Positions 57,421 to 64,000 of a stretch of DNA of 64,000 nt are shown here, in pieces. Below the pieces are notes generated by a model. The model searched no databases. It saw only the letters and a program-made list of their open reading frames with translations, and had not been told where the DNA came from. Source of the stretch: an uncultured delta proteobacterium (GTDB taxonomy: Bacteria > Desulfobacterota > Syntrophia > Syntrophales > UBA2185); NCBI GenBank assembly GCA_963695875.1, contig CAVOID010000014.1, forward strand, positions 72,193 to 136,192, read 5' to 3'. The first letter of the stretch is position 1, and every line of letters begins with the position of its first letter. The translations under genes and the position numbers were made by a program.

Positions 57421-58209
57421 CTAACATGCGGTCTTAAAAAAAGCTGCATGTTCCTCAATAAGATCTGCAATTTCCGTTGTATTTCCCCGATCAATTAAAT
57501 TTTTCAGTTCAGCCACGCTTTTTTCGTACGACTCGATGAGCCGACGGACATCAGGATTCATCGCTATGATTTCGGCATACAGCCTGGGATTCTGACAAAA
57601 GACCTTTTCAATAATTTCCATCTTCGTTTTAAAGACCGGGGTAGCAAACTTCATTAATTCTGAAATGTTCACGCCTGTCCTGCTTAAGACCAGACCCATC
57701 ATGATTGTGTTAAAATGATTGAGCCCCTGGACTATGGCCATCATTTGGTCATGTTTTTCCGGCGTTGTTTCCACAACAAGCGCGCCATTCTTTTCCAAGG
57801 ATATCCTTCAGCCAGGAAAGCCACTTCTTTCCCCTTGCCGGACAGAGAACAACACGCTGCCCCGCTATGGAATCAATCTGGGGGCCGAAGAGGGGATGAC
57901 ATCCGATAACCTCCGAAACTGATGCTTCCAGCATGGCTTTAACAGGTTCACGCTTCAGAGAGGTGAGATCCATGAGGAGGGCATCTTCGCTGCATATGAG
58001 GTCCGACCTTCTCAATGACCGTACATGTCACGCCGATGGGGACACTCACGACAACCACCTGGCAGGCGCGGGCCATTTCAGTCAACATCTGCTGTTCCCA
58101 TATTTCTTCCGAATAGTCGAACGCTATACCCTTCTCCCTTAAGGAAGCGGGCAAACCAATTGCCCATGCCACGGGTGCCGCCAATGATGCCTATCTGAAG
58201 GTCATTCAT
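57421..58209 (-). CDS. tyrA: Prephenate/arogenate dehydrogenase (indels)
   Basis: IGIIGGTRGMG, VVVSVPI, DLTSLK, HPLFGP, HDQMMAIVQGLNH. Confidence 0.88.
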
Positions 58210-58212
58210 ATG

Positions 58213-59281
58213 CTATTGCTTTCTGTCTAATAAATGATCTGCCAGGACAATACTTACCATCGCCTCACAGACAGGAATGATCCGGGGTATTGCCGATACA
58301 TCATGCCTCCCCTTGATGGACAACTCCACAGGCTTTCCCTGCACATCGATGGTCTGCTGAACCTTTGCAATGGATGGAATCGGCTTGCAGGCTACCCGTA
58401 TAACGATGTCCTGCCCTGTTGTTATACCGGCGAGTATTCCACCGGCATGATTGGAAAGAAAACCATCGGGTGTGATGGGGTCATTCGCCTGAGACCCAGT
58501 CATTTCAGCAACCTTGAAACCGGCCCCTATTTCTACTCCCTTCACCGTCCCGATACCCATAAGGGCTCCGGCAAGATCGGCATCCATCTTATCAAACACG
58601 GGCTCTCCCAGACCTGGAGGACAGCCCCTGACGATGATTTCAACAATGCCGCCGAGGGAATCACCGGAGCGCCTCGCTTCCTCCAGTTTCGCCTCCATTT
58701 TTCTTGCGGCATCCGGATCGGGACACATCAAATGACTTCCGGCAATATCTTCACGGGATATCTTTTTAGCCTGCATCATCTTCCGGCTTTATGACAATAC
58801 CCCCCAGCGCCTTCGTATAGGCAATGACCTCCATGCCTTCCCGGGAAATGATTTTTCCGGCTATTGCCCCGGCAGCCACACGGGCTGCCGTTTCCCGGGC
58901 TGATGCACGTCCGCCGCCCCGGTAATCACGGATCCCGTATTTCTTAAAATAGGTATAATCACCCTGGCCCGGCCTGAAGATGTCTTTAATGTCTTCATAG
59001 GCACTGCTGTTAACATCCTTGTTCTCTATGATCAGGGAAATGGGGGTGCCGGTTGTCTTACCCTGAAAGGTCCCCGAGAGTATTTTAACAGCATCTTCTT
59101 CCTTGCGGGGCGAGCTTGAGGCAATCCTGCCCGGCCTTCTTCTGTCCAGCACTTTCTGAATATCTTCTTCTGTAAGATCAATACCGGAAGGGCATCCCTC
59201 CACGACCGCGCCAATGGCTGGACCGTGAGATTCACCCCAGGTTGTTACTTTAAAGAGGACGCCTATGGAACTTCCTGACAT
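58213..59281 (-). CDS. aroC: Chorismate synthase (frameshifted)
   Basis: [33 protein letters not shown]. Confidence 0.96.
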
Positions 59282-59823
59282 GCTGACTCCTTTTTACCAA
59301 ATCTATCAGTTCCGCTTAGAAATTGACAGATACCGTTGACAATTTCATCTATATTTTTATTTGCAGTATCTATGGAAAAATCGGCAAGCCGGTCGTACAC
59401 CGGCATCCGTATCTTAAGAATATCTTCGGTTTCCCGGATGATACCATCCTGTGAAAAAGCAGGCCGCCGTGCTTGCTGTTGAGGTCGTCCTGAATTCTTC
59501 CGACAATCGTCTTCACGTCAGCGCTGAGCCAGATCAATACCCCGTGTTTTTTCAGAATAGCGGCATTGCCCTCATCCATAACGGCTCCGCCGCCGGTGGC
59601 TATGACACTTCTTTGGTAAAGCGGTTATTTCCCGGACTATCTCCCTTTCTCTTTCACGGAAATATGCCCAGCCGTTTTCTGCAACCATCTCCTTGATCGA
59701 TCTGCCGGCTCTAGTTTCGATTAACTCATCCGTATCGTAAAACGGCATCTGCAGCTTTTCAGCGAGTTTTTTCCCGACTGCAGATTTGCCTGTTCCGCGG
59801 TATCCAATCAATATAATGTGCAC
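59263..59823 (-). CDS. aroK: Shikimate kinase (indels)
   Basis: [27 protein letters not shown]. Confidence 0.9.
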
Positions 59824-61091
59824 TTAACCCTCCATGCAGTTTTTTCAGCTCATTCCAGAAACCGGGAAAGGATTTCCGGACACAGAGCCTGTCCTTTATC
59901 TTCATCCCCGGTACGGCAAGTCCTGCTATGGCGAAACTCATGGCAATCCGGTGATCGTTATACGTCTCAATATCTGCGCCATGCGGTTTCCCTCCAACAA
60001 TCACAAGCCCGTCATCCTTTTCTTTCGCGATAACACCGATTCTGTTCAATTCATTTACCAGTGCGGCAATACGGTCACTTTCCTTAATCCTCAGATGAGA
60101 GACATTTGTGATAGTTGTTCGTCCCTGTCTGAACGCCGCGAGAACCGCCAGCGTCGGCACCATGTCGGGCATGTCCCCCATATCGAAGCGAACATCCCCT
60201 TCATTTAACGGCCCCCCGATAACCTCAACCCATGTATCACCGCGCACCACGGAACAGCCTAAACTTTCCATTATATCCAGAAGTTTAATGTCTCCCTGCA
60301 GGCTGTCGGGGTTGATGTTCATAACCCTGACCCGCCCACGGCACAGGGCTGCTGCCAGGAAAAAATAGGAAGCACTGGAGGCATCTCCCTCGACGATGTA
60401 CTTCTGTCCCGAATAACGCAGTCCGCTTTTTACCCGGAAACTGTTCCTCTCGCCTCTGACGATCTCTGCACCAAAGTTCTCCATAACATTCAGAGTCATT
60501 TCTATATACGGCTCGGAGACAGTCCTGCCTGTGAGCTTTATTTCTATGTCTTCCCCGGCGTAAGGGGCACCGATGAGGAGAGAAGAAACATACTGACTGC
60601 TTTCCACATCCTTAAATGTCACAGAGCCTCCACTGATACCCTTTGCATCGATTCGGAGCGGGGGATAGCCCTTGTTATTCCTGCTGTGAGATGTAACTCC
60701 GAGGGTTTTCAGGGCATCCAGGAGCGGTTTTACCGGTCTTTCACGAAGGCGGCTGCTGCCGTCAAGGATAAACTCCCCTCTCGCCAAGAGACACCAGTGT
60801 CGTAAGGAATCTCAGTGCTGTACCATTGTTCCCAAGGAAGAGCGCTCGTCCGGGATTACGGATTCGCCCGCCTGTTCCCGTGACAATAATATCACTGCCG
60901 GAGGTAAGAATCTTAGTGCCGAGGGAACGCAGCGCCTCCAACAGATATTGCGTATCTTCTGAAATGAGCACATTACCAAGGATAGACCTTCCCTGTGCCA
61001 GAGATGCGATGACAAGGGCCCTCTGGGTGTAGCTCTTGGAACCGGGTACCTCGACAGTTGCATTCAAATGATGAACCGGTTTAACTTCCAT
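59759..61091 (-). CDS. aroA: EPSP synthase (frameshifted)
   Basis: PGSKS, GNNGTALRF, SSQYVS, LRIKESDRI, DHRIAM. Confidence 0.96.
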
Positions 61092-61931
61092 ACAAAAGGT
61101 GCTCCATGACCACCTGTTTCATTAACTCTCTCGGAGGCTCCAACCCTGTCCAGAGTTTGATCTGTTCCGCACCCTGATGGACAAACATACCAAGGCCGGA
61201 AACGGTAATGCATCCCAGCCTTCTCGGCATCCTTCAGCATTTTTGTCTTAAGGGGATTATAGATCACGTCCATGACACATCGGTAATTACGCAGGATCGT
61301 GTCATTGACTGGCTGATACGTCTATATCCGGCATCATGCCGACAGGCGTTGTATTGATCAGACAATCTGCCCTGACCTTATCGATATCCTTGAGAGGATA
61401 AAAAGAACATCCCAGCTCCCGTGCCAGGTGCTCCCCTCTTCCAACGTTTCTGTTGACAATGACAGGAATTCCTCCTTCTCTATAAATACCAAAGACGGCT
61501 GCTCGTGCAGTCCCACCAGCCCCTAAAACGGCAAAAACCTTCCCCTTAATATCTACAACTTCCTTGAGAGATTGAACAAGACCGATCCAGTCGGTATTGA
61601 AACCCTTCAATCTGCCCTTATTATTCACAACGGTATTTACGGCACCTATCTCTATGGCATCGCCGTCTACTTCATCCAGATGCGCCATTATCGTGACCTT
61701 ATAAGGAATGGTTACGCTAACCCCCCGGATGCCCATTCCCCTTATGCCGCTTATGGCAGATGCCAGATCACGAATGCAAAACGGCACATACTTCCCGCCA
61801 ACCTTCATCTCAGCCAGTGCTGCATCGTGCATCAGCGGCGAAAGGCTCTGTTTCACGGGATTTCCGAAAAGGCCAAAAATCTGAGTGTCAGAAGGTACGG
61901 ATAATTTATTTTTCTCCGCTACTGCTGCCAC
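61081..61931 (-). CDS. aroE: Shikimate dehydrogenase (indels)
   Basis: SLSPLMH, SVTIPYK, IGAVNT, NTDWIG, GAGGTA, INTTPVGM, DVIYNP. Confidence 0.93.
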
Positions 61932-62622
61932 TGGTAATCCTCATGACCATCTCCATTTCATCGACGGTAAGCTGTCCGGGTGCCGACTCAACTGCCCGGT
62001 TCAATGAGGCGAAGCTGAGATAAGAGCCCAGAAGAGGGGCCACAATCCTGCTTACCCTTCCCTGCTCTCCCATACAGAAAGCGATAATATTCTGATTTTC
62101 TTTCCGGGCATAGGGAATCAGCCTGAGAACCTTAAGATTATCTTCCGGACTGTTGGCAAAGGTGACAATTTTAACGATGCTGCCACCAAAACGAACGCAG
62201 TCATGGAAGATGGTTTTTAATGACTCGATAGACGGCGTACCGCTAAAATCATGATGGGAAATAATAACCCCGGTTCGGTTGCCATGCGCAGCTGCCATAG
62301 ACAGTACCTCTTTCAGCAGGGACTCCGGCGTATATATTTCAATGTCTACATAATCCGCACCGAGACCTACGGCCTCTTTCAGCAGAGCAATCCTGTGCAG
62401 TTCGCCTGAAGATTCCCCCACCGGGGAAGATTCCTTCCTTCTGTTTGTGACAAGGATTTTAGCGGGAATTTTGTATGATCTGCAGCTTTTAATCAATGTC
62501 TTCAAGTCTCCATCCAATATCAAGTCCATTCTCAACTCTAAGACATCGGCACACGAAAGGCTGCTTTCTATCTGCTGCAAAGCCTCTGCCTGTGTTTTTG
62601 CCGTGATGGGGATGCAGATCAT
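61906..62622 (-). CDS. aroD: Type I 3-dehydroquinate dehydratase
   Basis: ELRMD, YVDIE, ISHHDF, VKIV, MGEQGRVSR, APGQ. Confidence 0.93.
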   Translation of the reverse strand: MICIPITAKTQAEALQQIESSLSCADVLELRMDLILDGDLKTLIKSCRSYKIPAKILVTNRRKESSPVGESSGELHRIALLKEAVGLGADYVDIEIYTPESLLKEVLSMAAAHGNRTGVIISHHDFSGTPSIESLKTIFHDCVRFGGSIVKIVTFANSPEDNLKVLRLIPYARKENQNIIAFCMGEQGRVSRIVAPLLGSYLSFASLNRAVESAPGQLTVDEMEMVMRITSGSSSGEK

Positions 62623-63701
62623 CGTGCATCCTCGCCTTTCGGATAAGAACCCAGTATCTTTAAGAACGTGGTCTTTCCCTTCAAATCTTCCATACATTGT
62701 TTGATTTCCTTGTCTTCTAAATGTCCTGCAAAATCAACAAAGAAAAGATACTCCCATAACCTCTCCTTGACGGGATACGATTCAATCTTCATCAGGTTGA
62801 TCTGCCGTTCGACAAATGGTTCCAGTGCATGATACAGGGAACCAGGTATATGGGGTGTCCCGAAGAGGATCGATGTCTTATCCCTGCCTGTCATCTTGCT
62901 TTCACCTTCCCCGATGACCAGGAACCTCGTTGTGTTCGATGGATTATCTTCAATCCCTTCTGAAAGTATATTCAACCCGTAAGCTGATGCAGCGAGACAG
63001 CTCCCTATTGCGGCGCCTTTCTTATCTTTCTGAACAATGCGGGCAGCGGCAGCGGTGCTTTCTGCCTCAACGAGAGCGCATCGAGGGAGATTGGTGCGCA
63101 GCCATCCCTGGCACTGGGCCAATACCTGGGGAATTGAATAGACCCGCGTTATCCTGTCCATCCGCTCACCAATCGAAAGAAGACAGTGACTGATCCTGAG
63201 AAAAATCTCAGCACGAATCGTAAGCGTAGTCAATATTAATCGATCAAGGGTCAAGTTGATGGAACCCTCAAGGGAGTTTTCCACGGGCACAACCCCCCAT
63301 TGCACCTTCCCTTTTTCCACCTCATCAAAGACATTAAAAATTGTCGTCTGAGGGATAAAGGAGGTACTCGTACCGAAATAGGATTGAGCAGCCAGGTGGC
63401 TGAAGGTCGCCTCAGGCCCCAAAAAGGCCACAGTTACCGTCTTTTGCAGGGCGCGAGAAGCTGAAATGATCTCCCTGAAAATGGCCTTCAGGTATTTATC
63501 CGGCAGCACCCCATCGTTTACCTTTGCCAGGTTTTTAAAGATTTTTGCTTCCTGCGAGGCATCATAGACATCCAGTCCGTTTTCATCCTTAATCCTGCCA
63601 ATCTTCAAGGATAATTCAGCTCTCTCATTGAGGAGTTTTACAATCTCCCGATCGGTTCCCATCAGATCACGGCGGAGGCGTTCAAGCGATGTTAGTGTCA
63701 T
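62619..63701 (-). CDS. pheA: Chorismate mutase/prephenate dehydratase
   Basis: CM domain, FLGPEATFS, VPVENSLEG, NTTRF, KIESYP, LGSYP. Confidence 0.96.
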   Translation of the reverse strand: MTLTSLERLRRDLMGTDREIVKLLNERAELSLKIGRIKDENGLDVYDASQEAKIFKNLAKVNDGVLPDKYLKAIFREIISASRALQKTVTVAFLGPEATFSHLAAQSYFGTSTSFIPQTTIFNVFDEVEKGKVQWGVVPVENSLEGSINLTLDRLILTTLTIRAEIFLRISHCLLSIGERMDRITRVYSIPQVLAQCQGWLRTNLPRCALVEAESTAAAARIVQKDKKGAAIGSCLAASAYGLNILSEGIEDNPSNTTRFLVIGEGESKMTGRDKTSILFGTPHIPGSLYHALEPFVERQINLMKIESYPVKERLWEYLFFVDFAGHLEDKEIKQCMEDLKGKTTFLKILGSYPKGEDAR

Positions 63702-64000
63702 TTTGTCAGGCCCTCCACCGTTTCGCGCAGAACCGATTCAGGCACACCCCCGTTGACAAAAGGCATTCCTATCTTTTTAAGCAAGACGAAACGAATCATA
63801 TTACCCTCTTTTTTCTTGTCTGCCTTTAACCTGGAGAGGATCCCATCCGTTGTGATCGTTTGGGGGATATGGCGGGGAAGCCCCACTGCTTCTATCAGAT
63901 GCTCAATCCTCTCTCGATCCTCTCCGGGAAGATCATACATTTTTTCTGAAATCCTGACCGCAGCAACCATACCCAGGGAAACGGCAGTGCCGTGAGAAAC
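63698..64000 (-). CDS. aroB: 3-dehydroquinate synthase, 3' part
   Basis: SHGTAVSLGM, ADKKK, FVLLKKIG; position in the aro operon. Confidence 0.88.
   Translation of the reverse strand, partial: VSHGTAVSLGMVAAVRISEKMYDLPGEDRERIEHLIEAVGLPRHIPQTITTDGILSRLKADKKKEGNMIRFVLLKKIGMPFVNGGVPESVLRETVEGLTK

Noticed and set aside
57421..64000. aro/pheA/tyrA supercluster as novel
   Set aside because: Ordinary aromatic amino acid biosynthesis operon

Overview
A 64-kb stretch of bacterial chromosome. Gene content and order (carD-PIN/TRAM-ispD-ispF-gltX, mtaB-rnc-radical SAM-era...der, an aro/pheA/tyrA operon, aldehyde:ferredoxin oxidoreductase, HDOD/PilZ/PAS signalling) suggest an anaerobic Desulfobacterota (Syntrophales-like deltaproteobacterium); this is inference. 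About 25 genes, including essential ones, are split by single-base indels, best explained as sequencing or assembly errors. Highlights: (1) a circularly permuted cofactor-independent phosphoglycerate mutase (16984-18576); (2) an integrase-less integron remnant (attI-like site plus two attC-like sites) carrying a putative HhH/OGG-fold DNA glycosylase and an Mrr-like endonuclease, both candidate defence cassettes; (3) a signalling block of HDOD, tandem-PilZ/putative acyltransferase, V4R/H-NOX-like hybrid kinase and a divergent TtcA-like ATPase; (4) two families of ~110-bp IS200/IS605-derived miniature elements, with target site and ends reconstructable for one; (5) a QueG-like Fe-S protein coupled to a thiol-dioxygenase-like cupin. 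No rRNA, tRNA or CRISPR array was seen.
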